A stretch of DNA of 58,438 bases from a virus. Within the stretch, counting starts at the first letter, position 1. The number at the start of each line of letters is the position of its first letter. Below, piece after piece: positions 58,297 through 58,438 of this stretch. The stretch covers positions 1-58,438 of IMG/VR virus record IMGVR_UViG_3300045988_075769. One strand, given 5' to 3'. A program made the translations under genes and the position numbers. The notes beneath the pieces are model-generated. The model was not told the DNA's origin and searched no databases. It worked only from the letters and a program-made list of their open reading frames with translations.

Positions 58297-58438
58297 ATGG
58301 CAAGCACTACATACGAGCAGAAACGATTTTGCGAAATCAAGAGATGCGGCGAAATTGACCATCTCGGTAACGTCCCCGTGATGGTGCGCAACGCCGGACA
58401 GCTGCCGCAGCCCTTCTGGCTCGGTGCTGCCTGTGGCG
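58297..58438 (+). CDS. Small ORF running through the circular junction (ends at position 88)
   Basis: RBS AAGGAGGA. The frame continues in the terminal repeat and stops at TAA 86-88, giving about 60 aa. Confidence 0.4.
   Translation, partial: MASTTYEQKRFCEIKRCGEIDHLGNVPVMVRNAGQLPQPFWLGAACG
58392..58438. repeat. Terminal direct repeat, right copy
   Basis: Identical to 1..47. Confidence 0.95.

Overview
The window is one complete, circularly closed mobile genome of about 58.39 kb (identical 47-bp ends). It looks like a Firmicutes/Clostridia-style temperate siphovirus built to persist as a plasmid (a phage-plasmid). Layout: (i) 33-4100, a + strand accessory block with a small sigma-region-4-like HTH protein, an RHH protein and five unknown genes, three of them cysteine-rich or membrane proteins. 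(ii) 4146-9011, one long minus-strand operon: Rep_3/RepB-type initiator, DUF551, ParA, DUF551, ParG-like RHH protein, classic-clade AAA+ ATPase, small membrane protein, unknown. Its 22-bp iterons and AT-rich origin lie at 9055-9534. (iii) 9576-13419, two XRE-type repressor/divergent-promoter switches and a Rha/KilAC antirepressor. (iv) 13422-29362, the + strand early region: many small Zn-ribbon or unknown genes, ERF annealase, SSB, HNH endonuclease, an unusual C5 cytosine methyltransferase, RecU-like nuclease, TerS-like protein, serine recombinase, replisome organiser and DnaB helicase. (v) 29363-32520, a largely gene-free 3-kb island: a C-tract/G4 cluster, a 13-copy ACGACTAT[T/C] array, a ~620-nt GC-rich hairpin-dense ORF-free block, three small minus-strand genes and a second GC-rich block. 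(vi) 32568-38044, moron-like genes, an AntA/ORF6C antirepressor, a second serine recombinase and RtcB RNA ligase. (vii) 38176-58286, the late region: TerL, a 670-nt structured non-coding spacer carrying tRNA-Met(CAT) and a tRNA-like element, portal, scaffold, E-type major capsid protein, connectors, major tail protein, a G/G-T chaperone with an A_AAA_AAC -1 slip site, a 1,407-aa tape measure, tail tip/fibre genes, GH25 endolysin and holins. I found no tyrosine or large serine integrase, no CRISPR array and no rRNA. The most unusual observations are a 214-codon second reading frame embedded in a circularly permuted C5-MTase gene, a 10-bp-phased decamer array inside the ParG-like gene, and the gene-free repeat/structured island. 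All functional calls come from motif recognition by eye, because no searches could be run.
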